A stretch of DNA of 64,000 bases from Mycoplasmatales bacterium (GTDB lineage: Bacteria > Bacillota_I > Bacilli_A > Mycoplasmatales > G965222545). The position numbers and the translations under genes are program-made. Shown here piece after piece: positions 48,618-64,000 of this stretch (position 1 is the stretch's first letter; every line of letters starts with the position of its first letter). A model generated the notes under the pieces. That model saw only the letters and a list, made by a program, of their open reading frames with translations. It did not search any database and had not been told where the DNA came from. The stretch covers positions 160,639 through 224,638 of the forward strand of contig OZ244954.1 of NCBI GenBank assembly GCA_965222545.1, in the 5' to 3' direction.

Positions 48618-49208
48618 ATGGATAATGAAGAATTAGAAATAAAATTAGCATTAAAGACATTACAGCTTTCAATAGAAACTGTTACGTTAAAAAAAATTGA
48701 ATTTCAATATAAGAAATTAGCAAAAATTTATCATCCTGATAAAAATTTACGTAATAATCCAACTTTTTCTAAACTATTCTCTGATCTTAATAATGCTTAT
48801 CGTTTATTAAGGAAAAAATATTCTTTAGTTGAAAATATTAGACAAAATGCATTAATAGTTGTTGATAATAATGAAAATGAAATTATGAAAAGCAATTCTT
48901 GTAAAAGGTGTAATTCAAAATCAAGATATGAACTTTTAGATTATCGTGGTTATAAGATATGTAAAAATTGTTTTCAGTATCTTGCTTTAAGAGATCAGAA
49001 AAAATTTTTAGAAAAACAAAACCAGCTGCAAATAAATTTAAATAATAGACCAATTCCCCCTCCTGTTAATGTAAATGTTCACCAATCAAATAATCAAAAT
49101 CAATCAAATAGGGGACCAAATAAATTTATTAAATTTTTAATAATAGTTGTTATTTTATTAATAATTCTAGGAGCAATTATTACTTTAGTTTCTCATTTTT
49201 CTAAATAA
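48618..49208 (+). CDS. J-domain protein with CxxC..CxxC module and C-terminal TM anchor
   Basis: YKKLAKIYHPDKN (HPD at 48732-48740), CKRCN...CKNC, a Q/N/P-rich linker, then FLIIVVILLIILGAIITLV. Confidence 0.7.
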   Translation: MDNEELEIKLALKTLQLSIETVTLKKIEFQYKKLAKIYHPDKNLRNNPTFSKLFSDLNNAYRLLRKKYSLVENIRQNALIVVDNNENEIMKSNSCKRCNSKSRYELLDYRGYKICKNCFQYLALRDQKKFLEKQNQLQINLNNRPIPPPVNVNVHQSNNQNQSNRGPNKFIKFLIIVVILLIILGAIITLVSHFSK

Positions 49209-49210
49209 CA

Positions 49211-49804
49211 TTAATAAGAATATTTTTTTATAAAAAAACGATCAATAGTTTTTGTTAATGGTTTGTGAAAAAATAATATAATATAATATGCAACAAGCCC
49301 ACTAATTACAATATCAATTCAATAATTTCATACAATTAAACTAATACTAAATTGTTTAAAAAAGTATTTAAGATTATTTACAGGATAAAATCCATATGCT
49401 GATGCTTTAAAAAATACATATATAACTATAATAAGTAATATATTTAAAAATAAAAAAACGGGGCTAATATTTTTTTTTGATAATAAAATTAATAATAACG
49501 AATAAAAACCTAAAGTTGCTAAAGGAAATTGTTCTCATGTAATGAAATATGCACCTCCAAATGCTAGAGCGTTAATTAATGTAAATAATGTTAAAAGAAT
49601 AAATGATCTTTTAAAACCGATTAAAAAGATTGCAATAAGTAGAAAAGTTTTATGTAGTGGATGTAATATACCAATTGTAGCATCAATATATGTAAGTAAA
49701 ACTGCTATTGCTAAAAATATTCCTATAAGAGTGATTTCTCTTGTTGAGAACTTAATAATATTGCTAATTTTCTTATCTACAAAAAAAAATTTTTGTAATT
49801 TCAT
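49211..49804 (-). CDS. Polytopic membrane protein (possibly an ECF S component)
   Basis: Track ORF 49535..49804 reads through three TGA codons to TAA at 49211. I checked it codon by codon. About 5-6 TM helices. Confidence 0.45.
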
Positions 49805-49860
49805 ATATTTATTTTAATTGATTTTTAGGTAAACTGTTAAGTTATTTGCTCCATAATATA

Positions 49861-50824
49861 TATGAATTAAAATAAAAAATTATCTCAGAAGCATTTATAA
49901 AATTAAAAAATAATAAAAAGAAAATAAGAATTAATTTTTCAGAAGGTTCTTCTAATGAGTTTTAAAAGCTGCTTGTATGATAAATATTAAAAATATTGAA
50001 GTAATACTATTATTTAGTAATAAAGAAGAAATACCAAGCAATTTTTTGGAAAATATCAATTTTGAAATTATTAATCCTGAAAAAGTAGAAAGTATAGTAG
50101 CTAGAGTCATAATTTTTTTAAAAAAAGTGATCTTAGCTTAAATGAAATATTAAACTTATTTGCAAATAAATCCTACTTCGGATTATTATTATTATTATTT
50201 TATAATGATAAGGTTGATATTCTTATTTCTGGTGCTGAATATACAGAAGTAGAAATTATGAAACCATTTTTAAAATTTTTAAATCTAAAAAAATATTTTA
50301 TCAAACGCTTATGTATTATATAAACAAAATAAAGTTTATTTATTTGGTAATTGTAGTCCTGAATTTTTTCCTTCAATGTAAAATATGGTTAAAATGGTTA
50401 AACATTATTTAGGTTTTAATTCTAAAACTTAAATTATAAAAAAACTATATGTTTCATTAATAGTTAATAAAAGTGACTATATGTAAAAAAAATGAAAGAT
50501 ATAATGAAATAAAAACTGTTGTACATAATCTTAGTTATTCTATTGAAGCAAATAGTATTTTTGGACCTATACTTTTTTTAATGCATCAAAGATAAATAAT
50601 ATCAGTCAAGAAGAAGAATTTAAGAATATAAAAATTTTTCTATTTTCTGATTAAATGTTGGACATATAGCAGTATCTGCATCATATATGTTTGGTAATTT
50701 ATCAATAATCAGTTCTTTTATGGTTAGCTTTAAAAAATCAGTAATATACTTAAATAATAGTATGAATCGCGCTGATGTTTATAATGCGTGTCTTTTGGGA
50801 ATAAGCTTTTTTTTAAATGATTAA
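49861..50824 (+). pseudogene. pta: Phosphate acetyltransferase (pta) pseudogene
   Basis: No intact ORF exists here. Scattered over three frames are IRINFSEGSSNEF*KAA (cf IVFPEG.DERVLKAA), DKVDILISGAEYTEVEIMKPFLKFL (cf ADGMVSGA.HTT..LRP), YLFGNCSPEFFPSM and VGHIAVSASYMFG...KKSVIYLNNSMNRADVYN (cf AGNIGYK...KPVNDLSRG..EDIVN). The span of about 321 codons matches Pta length. Confidence 0.55.
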
Positions 50825-50861
50825 AATTATATAAAATATTTATTATATTGTCATTGGCTAA

Positions 50862-51968
<1,107 letters not shown>

Positions 51969-52009
51969 AACTAATATAATTATGATTTAATATTAAAATA
52001 ACCATAATA

Positions 52010-56068
<4,059 letters not shown>

Positions 56069-56096
56069 TAAATAAATATACACCTAATATTTAAAA

Positions 56097-57374
56097 GTGG
56101 TATTTTTTTCATATTTTATAATCGCAACACTTTTAAGTTACATATATATAATTATTGGTGTACAACCATATTTAGTATTAATAATTTGTATGTTTGCTTA
56201 TTTTACAATAGTAAAGGTTAGATCATTTAAAAAAATAGCATTTTTGTTTATATATATAATATTCATAACAATTATTTTGTCTCTTTTGGTAAATAAGGTT
56301 TTGTTGGCAAATAATTATAAATTTGAATTAGTAAACGAAACTAGTAAATGTTATGTTTTTAAATACCATGGATGTTTATTTTTAGTTAGAAAAACAGATT
56401 TCAATAAACATTTAGAAATAGGTAATTATTATTATTTACAAGGAAGAGTTAATAAGATAAATACAAATATAATTTTTTATCATAAATATAAGTATTTTCT
56501 TTATATAAAAAGGTGAAAATTCAGTAATCACGGCATGTTTTACTATTTTGAAAAAATAAAAAATATTTTTTCTAAAAGATTACATAATGACCTAACTTTA
56601 TGTTCTTTAACTTTAGGTAAGAAAAATATCAACTATTTAAAAAATTTAAATATCCTAAACGCTAGTTATCTTTTTTGCATAAGCGGAATACATGTAAACT
56701 CATTGAAGAAAATAGTTAAACCATTTAAAGGTATAAGGTTTCTTGGAATTCCGTTTGGAATGTTTTGAATATTTTACCTACTATTATTAAATCTATCAAT
56801 ACCTTTACTCAGAGCTGTAATTTTCCTTTTTATATCAAAACTAAAAAAATATTGAAACTATTTAGACAAGTTTAGTGTCTATGATATTTTAATTTTCACA
56901 GCATTCATAATTTTTGTTTCTAATCCAGATTCAATTTTTTCATTAACATTTATATATTCATTTCTATATACTTTTTTAATAGCGTGATATCATGAACATA
57001 TTTTCATAAAAAGAAAAATTAAAAAAATATTTTATTTTATTATTTACATACAAATAATAAATTTCATATTAAGTATTTGAATAAATAAATATATTAGTAT
57101 TAATTCATTTTTTACTTTAATTTTTTTAGCCCTCATTATTGAATTATTATTCATCGGATCATTTTTTATATTAATTATTCCTTGATTATATATAATATTT
57201 AAACCACTAATAAATATCTTTAATCAAAGCATTATTTATCTAACTCAACATAATATATTAATAAATATTAGCTTTCCAATATTTATAATAATTATATTAT
57301 TATTCATAATAGTAATTTATTTAAAGTATTTATGAAAGGTAAAATTATATTTTAAAAAGATATACTATTTGTAA
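56097..57374 (+). CDS. ComEC/Rec2-like membrane protein (no metallo-beta-lactamase domain)
   Basis: GTG start. Polytopic, with LFCISGIHV resembling the ComEC SG.H motif. Fragments 56097.. and 56535.. are in the same frame. TAA at 57372. Confidence 0.55.
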
Positions 57375-57406
57375 AATATAGTATAATTTTAATAATATAA
57401 GGAGAT

Positions 57407-58396
57407 ATTATCACAAAGAGAGAAAAATTATATTATGATGCTTGTAATTTATTACAAAATATTTTAAATAATAGTATAGTAAAAAATGTTCTTTTTAAAA
57501 ACAAGGATAATGATTTAACTAATCAACTTCTATTAATTACATCCTATTTAAATTTTATAGAAATATCTGATTCATTTATTGATGAAAAAATTAGTTTAAA
57601 GATCGCACAAGTAATAACAAATCTTACAAATAAAAGTGTTGAAATATCTCAATATAAATCAGTATCAGATAATGATGTTGAAATAAATATTAATTATCTT
57701 GCAAATTATACTCACAATCTATATAAAATAGAAAAAAATGAATTAACTAGAAAAAACAACTTAAGCATTCAAGCGATTTTAACTAATACTAAAAAATTTG
57801 TTGATGACAAATCAATAGATTCAACTAGTCCAGACTCACCTCAAAATAGCAATTCACAAAATATTAATTTGAATAAATTACCAGAACTACTAAGTCCTAA
57901 ATTTTATCCTTTTAAAACAAAACCTAAAATAATTCCCGTTCTAAAAATAATTACGGCATCAGTTATGGTTATGTTAGCGTTAGCATTAATTATCCAAACA
58001 TTTTTAAGTAAAGAGGCGAATGTTTTTTCAAATGTAATATGAGTAATAGCTTTTTCAACATTAGTCTATGCATTATTTAATTCAGCAGCTAGTAAGTTTG
58101 ATAAAGTAAAATATATACTAAATAAATCAAATTTTATTATGTATTGTATTATTATATTTATTTTCATTATTAGTCAATTATTTATTTTAACTAATAGTTT
58201 AAAAGGACTTGAATTAGTAAATTATGGAAGTATTAATTCTGTTTTAATATTTATTGAAATCGGATTAGCATTTATTATTGGTGTTATTAAAGTAGTTATA
58301 TGATATTTAAACCCTAAAATAGATAAAAAAAAATTAAAAAAAGCACAAAAAGAATTTGCAAAATATCAAGAAAATATTTTTAATAAATTTAAATAA
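57407..58396 (+). CDS. Hypothetical protein with a soluble N-terminal half and four C-terminal TM helices, and an apparent non-canonical start
   Basis: The frame opens at 57401, right after a TAA, and TAAGGAG lies at 57398-57404. The first in-frame canonical start (TTG) is about 150 codons downstream, so ATT 57407 or ATC 57410 is the likely initiator. TAA at 58394. Confidence 0.45.
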
Positions 58397-58660
58397 TTAT
58401 TTTATTTTATTTACAGCATTTTGCAACATAGACTTTTTAGAGTTTGCTTTGTTTTTCTTATAAATATTTTTCTTAACTGCTTTATCAATAATCTTAAATG
58501 CTTCAGATAATGTTTTTTCAGCATTCTTCTTATCTTTCTTTTCACAATAGTCTAAAATTTTCTTCTCGATTGTTCGACATTTTGAACGAATTTTTTTATT
58601 TGTTACTCTTGCTTTCTCGTTTGTTTTATTTCTTTTAATTTGTTTTTTTATATTGGCCAT
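58397..58660 (-). CDS. rpsT: 30S ribosomal protein S20
   Basis: MANIKKQIKRNKTNEKARVTNK.... Confidence 0.9.
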   Translation of the reverse strand: MANIKKQIKRNKTNEKARVTNKKIRSKCRTIEKKILDYCEKKDKKNAEKTLSEAFKIIDKAVKKNIYKKNKANSKKSMLQNAVNKIK

Positions 58661-58771
58661 TTATTTCCTTCAAATAATATATATTATTATATATTAAATT
58701 TTTTTAATTTATTTAGCATTATTGTTAATGATAACTTATTAATATAATAATATTAAGATTATATAAAAAAT

Positions 58772-58800
58772 ATACTTAAATTTGATAATTTTTTAAGTAT
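58772..58800 (-). terminator. Candidate AT-stem terminator downstream of the 58834..59514 gene
   Basis: ATACTTAAA-N11-TTTAAGTAT, followed on the minus strand by ATTTTTTAT. Confidence 0.3.
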
Positions 58801-58833
58801 TATTAATAAATTAAAAAGAAATTATTATGAATT

Positions 58834-59514
58834 TTATTTATTTTTATCTAATTTATTTGTTATTTTAAATGAAAGATATTTTCTTTTTGCAATTCAATAA
58901 TAAAAGAAAATAATTGGCAACATTATTAAACTTATTAAAAACACTCACCCCATTACGCCTAATAATGAATAATTATTTAAATCAAGAAAAAAATATGGAT
59001 ATTGATGAATTTTTGATCCTAAAAATAATGTAATAAAACAATATATATAGGGATATATAAATCATAATAAAGTCATAAATAAATTTGGTTTTTTTATAAA
59101 TTTGTATGTTACAAAAAAATATATAGTAGATAGATTTGGTATAATGTGTGTTAATATTGCAATTATTTTATTGTATAAAAGCATATCTTTACTAGTGATA
59201 ACAGGTTTAATTAAAACCGTATTAAATATTAAACACGTCAAGGTAATTCAAGTAGTCACTGCACCTAATATGGGAAACGAATGTCAAAATTCAAAAATCT
59301 TTTTTTTATTTAATAAATTAATAATAATACTGATCAAAAAGAAAACCATTATAACTATATTTGATTGTGTAGTAAAGTATCCAATTGTAGGATAACCATT
59401 ATTTGGTGATAATAAACTATATAAAACGAAAAATAATGTAAAAGAGAAAATAAAACTACTTATTTTAAGATATCTAAGGTTAACTATTTTTATTTTAATA
59501 TTTTTATGATTCAT
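58834..59514 (-). CDS. Hypothetical polytopic membrane protein
   Basis: Track ORF 59284..59514 continues through TGA codons to TAA at 58834 (227 codons). About 6 TM helices. Confidence 0.45.
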
Positions 59515-59631
59515 ATTTATTTATTATATAATATTATAAGTAATTAAATATGTGATTTGTAATAGTATGCACAGCCCTTCCAGTAATAATTTCATCAGTT
59601 GTATTTGCTGTACTTGCATTTTTCTCAGATA

Positions 59632-60558
59632 ATGAATAATATAATTTTTGTTGGTGGCAACGAACATTCTCTTGTAGCACTTAAGACAATATTTAAAAAT
59701 AAAAATTATAATTTATTATTTTGTATTTCTACACCTAGTTTAAAAAAAGACCGTAATAATAAAATTATTGAAACTTCAGTTAGTAAGTTTTGTAAAGAAA
59801 ATAATATTAAAGTTTATGAACCAATAAAATATTTTAATGCTCAAAGTTATATAGAAAAACAAAAAGTTGATTTGATATTAGTGTGTGCATATGGTCAAAT
59901 AATTTCAAAAGACCTTATAAACAAACATGTATACTTAAATATTCATTTTTCACTATTACCAAAATATAGAGGTGCATCACCAGCTGTTGCATGTTTAAAA
60001 AATGGTGATCTTGAAACAGGAATTACAATTCAAAAAATGAAATATAAATTAGATACTGGTAATATTTTATTTAAAAATAAAATCATAATCGATAAAGATG
60101 ATGATCTTGAATCATTATTTGTAAAATTTCACACAAAAATTAAGGAAACACTAAATAAAAATTTAGATGATTTTTTTAATAATAATTATGAATCTAAGAT
60201 ACAAGATGAGTTTAAGGCCAGTTATACATCTAAAATTACAAACAGTGACAGATTTATAAATTTTAATGATGATGGTGAAAATGTTTATAATCAAATAAGA
60301 TCATTATCACCAACTAGAAAACCATATTTTAAAATAAATAATAAATTAATAACTATTTTAAAATGTAAATTAATTAATAATAATAAATATACCCCAAATA
60401 AAATTATTGATTTTAATAAAGAAAACTTTTTAATTTCAACTAAAAAGGGAGTTATAAAAATAATAAAATGCCAGTTATCTGGTAAAAAACCATTGTTAAC
60501 GAAAGATTTCACCAATGGAGTAAAATTTATAAAAATTAATGATACAGTTAATCAATAA
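59632..60558 (+). CDS. fmt: Methionyl-tRNA formyltransferase
   Basis: NIHFSLLPKYRGASP motif. ATG 59632 lies within the TTG-started track ORF 59599... Confidence 0.9.
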   Translation: MNNIIFVGGNEHSLVALKTIFKNKNYNLLFCISTPSLKKDRNNKIIETSVSKFCKENNIKVYEPIKYFNAQSYIEKQKVDLILVCAYGQIISKDLINKHVYLNIHFSLLPKYRGASPAVACLKNGDLETGITIQKMKYKLDTGNILFKNKIIIDKDDDLESLFVKFHTKIKETLNKNLDDFFNNNYESKIQDEFKASYTSKITNSDRFINFNDDGENVYNQIRSLSPTRKPYFKINNKLITILKCKLINNNKYTPNKIIDFNKENFLISTKKGVIKIIKCQLSGKKPLLTKDFTNGVKFIKINDTVNQ

Positions 60559-61084
60559 TCGTTATCAAAATTCAGTATTATATATAACAATATCTATTAT
60601 TTCAGTTACTTTAATTATTGGACTTGATCTTATTTTTTCATATGTTAGAAATGGTCAAAGTTATATTGCGTTTGGAGATATTTTATTTTTACTAATTTTA
60701 TGTCAAAGACAATTACCTATTAAATATCTTTTCTTTATTGCGATAGTTGGATTTGGAATAAGTGATGTTATAAGTGGTAGCTATTATTATATATTTTCAA
60801 CAATTGTTATTAGAATATTATATATTTTAATTTTTTATTTAATTAAATCTAAGTGAATGAATAATTTTATATTTAATAAAGATGTTAGGTTATTATTTTA
60901 TATTATCATTACACAAATTATTATGATAACTTTTTATTTATTAACAGACACAACATTGGTATTAATAAAGGAAATTCCGCAATCATTATTAATTTCAAAT
61001 CTAATCTTAAATATAATACAAGGTCTAGTAGTATCTATTATTACATCAATAATGATAATTCTTTATAAATATTTATATAAATAA
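60539..61084 (+). CDS. Hypothetical polytopic membrane protein
   Basis: Track ORFs 60539..60856 and 60857..61084 are joined in frame by TGA. About 5 TM helices. Confidence 0.4.
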
Positions 61085-61124
61085 AATGGTGATATTATTT
61101 TTAAAAAGTTATATAATATAGGTT

Positions 61125-61652
61125 ATGTCATTAAAAATTAAGTGAAGAAAAATTGGACAAATTTTATTAGGTTTATTAATTACCTATATGAGTTTAGTGT
61201 TTATAGTGACAACTATTATGTATATAAAATTAATAGTTAATCCTCAATATTTTCCTTCGCTCGCAAAAGATCCTCATATTTATAATATTATTTGATGAGG
61301 ATTTAATGCATCTCCTACATGATTAACACATTGATATAACAATCCTGTATCATCAAATGCTGATAAATTTAGTTTTGCAACATATTCATTACTTCTATTT
61401 GCGATAGCTGAACTATTTGTAATTATCATAGGCTTGTATATAATAATTAATTCTAAAGGATATTATTATTATTGAATATTAACACCAGTTTTCTTTTTCT
61501 TTATTCCTTATGGATATTTATTTGGTTCTGTTATGTTAGTTTCATCAATTATTTTATATATTCACCCCGCAAACATTAAAGAAAGTTTTGAGAAAAGAAT
61601 CGAATTTAATAAAAAAGTTAGGCACAACCCTTTTGTAAATCCAAAGGAATAA
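61125..61652 (+). CDS. Hypothetical membrane protein
   Basis: ATG 61125, seven in-frame TGA codons, three TM helices, TAA at 61650. Confidence 0.4.
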
Positions 61653-61653
61653 T

Positions 61654-63459
61654 TTGGAAAAATATAGTAAATTAATTCGTAATTTTTCAATAATTGCTCA
61701 TATTGATCATGGTAAAAGTACATTAGCAGATCGCTTTATTGAAAATACAGGTGCAGTTGCAAAAAAAGATCTTCAAGAACAAATGCTAGACACTCTTGAC
61801 TTAGAAAGAAAAAGAGGTATTACTATAAAACTTAATGCAATTAAGTTAAATTATGTTGCAAAAGATGGAAAGACATACATCTTAAATTTAATAGATACAC
61901 CAGGACATGTTGACTTTAGATATGAAGTTTCAAGAAGTCTAGCGTCTTGTGAAGGTGCAATTTTAGTAGTTGATGGAACACAAGGTATTCAAGCTCAAAC
62001 ATTAAGTAATATTGATTTAGCATTAGAAAACGATTTAGATATTTTTCCTGTAATTAATAAGGTTGATTTAGATTCATGTAATGTTGCTAAAACAAAAAAA
62101 GAAATTGAAAAATATATTGGGTTAAATTCTAACAACATACCGTTAATTAGTGCTAAAAATAATATTAATGTTGATAAAGTTTTAGAAAAAATAATAAGCG
62201 ATTTTCCTTCACCTGGAGGTAATGATAAAAAACCTTTAAAGGCATTAATATTTGATAGTTATTATGATCAATATAAAGGAGTAATGTTATCTATTCGTAT
62301 ATTTGAGGGGACAATTTCTGTAAACGACCTAACATTAATGCTTCATACTAAAACAAAATCTAAAATTACTAATATTTTTCAAAAAACACCATTTCTAACT
62401 CCTGTTCAAAAACTTAGAGCTGGCGAAGTGGGAATAATATCTGGCAATATTAAAGATATTTCTAAAATTAGAATTGGTGATACGATAACAAATGCTAATA
62501 ACCCATGTAAATCAATAATTAAAGGTTATAAAGAAATTATGCCAGTTGTTTATTCAAGCTTATATCCTGTTGATAATGATGACTATGAAATTTTAAACAC
62601 AAGTCTTAAAAAAATAAAAATAAATGATGATAGTTTGCAATATGAACAAGAGTTTAATCAAGCACTAGGTTTTGGTTATCGTTGTGGTTTTTTAGGTATG
62701 TTACATCTTGAAGTTATTAAGGAAAGATTAGAAACTGAATATGGTTTAAATTTAATAGTAACATTTCCTTCAGTTAAATATAAAATTGTTTTAGTATCAA
62801 ATAAAACAATTATTATTGATAATCCCGGAAAATTACCAGCACCACAAAAAATCAAAGATATCTATGAACCATATACATATGTAAAAATTATTTTACCAAA
62901 AGAATATTTAGGCAAAATAATGCAATATACAATTGAAGAAAAAAGAGGAAAATTAATAAAAATTGATATTATTGATGACGATACAAGTATATTAGAGTTT
63001 CATTTACCATTAAATGAACTTATTATGAATTACTTTGACACTATAAAATCAATTAGTAAAGGATATGCATCTATTGATTATAAAATCACAGATTATAAAA
63101 AAAATAAACTTGTTAAATTAAATATTTTAATTAATAATAACGTTGTTGACCCCCTATCTGTAATAATTCATAAGGATAAAGCTTACAATAAAGGTAAAGT
63201 AATTTGTAAAAAAATAAAAGAACTTATTCCCCGTCATAATTTTGAAATCCCAATACAAGCAGCTATTAATAAAACGATCATCAGTAGACAAACTATAAAA
63301 GCTAATCGTAAAAATGTCTTAAGTAAATGTTATGGTGGAGATATTAGTAGAAAAAGAAAACTTCTTGAAAAACAAAAAGCTGGTAAGAAAAAATTAAAAA
63401 TGTTAGGTAATGTAAACGTTCCACAAGAGGTTTTTTTAAATATCCTAAAAACAGATTAG
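61654..63459 (+). CDS. lepA: Elongation factor 4
   Basis: IIAHIDHGKSTLADR, DTPGHVDF, NKVD and a LepA C-terminal domain. TTG start. Confidence 0.95.
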   Translation: MEKYSKLIRNFSIIAHIDHGKSTLADRFIENTGAVAKKDLQEQMLDTLDLERKRGITIKLNAIKLNYVAKDGKTYILNLIDTPGHVDFRYEVSRSLASCEGAILVVDGTQGIQAQTLSNIDLALENDLDIFPVINKVDLDSCNVAKTKKEIEKYIGLNSNNIPLISAKNNINVDKVLEKIISDFPSPGGNDKKPLKALIFDSYYDQYKGVMLSIRIFEGTISVNDLTLMLHTKTKSKITNIFQKTPFLTPVQKLRAGEVGIISGNIKDISKIRIGDTITNANNPCKSIIKGYKEIMPVVYSSLYPVDNDDYEILNTSLKKIKINDDSLQYEQEFNQALGFGYRCGFLGMLHLEVIKERLETEYGLNLIVTFPSVKYKIVLVSNKTIIIDNPGKLPAPQKIKDIYEPYTYVKIILPKEYLGKIMQYTIEEKRGKLIKIDIIDDDTSILEFHLPLNELIMNYFDTIKSISKGYASIDYKITDYKKNKLVKLNILINNNVVDPLSVIIHKDKAYNKGKVICKKIKELIPRHNFEIPIQAAINKTIISRQTIKANRKNVLSKCYGGDISRKRKLLEKQKAGKKKLKMLGNVNVPQEVFLNILKTD

Positions 63460-63503
63460 CTTTTTGCTATATTTTTAGTAGAATATTAGTAATAAGGGAT
63501 AAT

Positions 63504-64000
63504 GTGAGTGAAACAACTATAGATAAACATAATTTTTTAGAAATATATAGTGAAGATAATTATTTTTCAAAAAAAGATCTAAAAGTAAAATTTAAAGAAG
63601 AATTTACTGAAGAAATGTGAACAAATATAATTAATTATCGTTATTCTTTTAAAAATCATATATCATTTATTAATTCAAAGAAACATAAATTCTATATTAC
63701 ATTATCTCCCAAAATGATACAAAAAGAAGTGATGCTCCATAAAATATTTTCGAAATTAGAAATAAAATCTTATTTATATAATATTAATTGAGAAAAGTAT
63801 AAGATTAAATCACTTACTTATATTAAAAATAATTTTATTTTATTAGAAACTATAATTATATGTAAAGCTTATAATTTTGAAATTGAAAAAAATATATTAA
63901 TAGATATCATTGATCATAAATATAAAGCTCCAGATTTTGGTCATGAATTTGCATCAATTATATATCACTTCTTTTATTCATTAAAAAGTAGGCCTACCTT
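63504..64000 (+). CDS. Hypothetical protein, 3' end outside window
   Basis: GTG 63504 follows TAAGGGAT. The frame is open to the window end with two TGA codons. No confident motif. Confidence 0.35.

Overview
This is a very AT-rich Mollicutes (Mycoplasmatota) chromosomal window that must be read with genetic code 4. The supplied standard-code ORF track splits almost every long gene at TGA codons, and these fall at conserved Trp positions (for example HTHWDKEW in the GH38 gene). I merged fragments by frame and walked the junctions by eye.

The content is mostly housekeeping: feoAB, tyrS, pgsA, recA, ymdB, miaB, miaA, ptsI-ptsH, two deoxynucleoside kinases, gmk, the prpC-prkC-rpe block, rpmB, yloV, mnmA, rpsT, fmt, lepA, one tRNA-Leu and one 16S rRNA gene.

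A roughly 16-kb carbohydrate-harvest block lies at 15.8-32.2 kb. It holds two tandem surface GH18 genes, two fructose-family PTS permeases, a GH38 alpha-mannosidase, a GH1 enzyme, a ROK kinase and manA.

Most notable observations:
1. A single 1352-codon ORF joins an AlaRS catalytic module that lacks its editing and C-Ala domains directly to a complete ValRS.
2. A stop-less in-frame PlsX-RNase III fusion leaves no canonical start for rnc.
3. An unannotated 48-codon ORF has 14 Cys (metallothionein-like), a strong SD and its own terminator.
4. A 1137-aa PTS polyprotein has the order IIA-IIB-(half IIC)-IIB'-IIC.
5. The 16S gene stands alone, with its own processing stem and terminator and no 23S downstream.
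6. Two gene-decay zones are present: a pta pseudogene and an unidentifiable wreck next to tRNA-Leu.

No CRISPR array, transposase, integrase or recognisable defence system was seen. All family assignments rest on motifs recognised by eye, and no database search was run.
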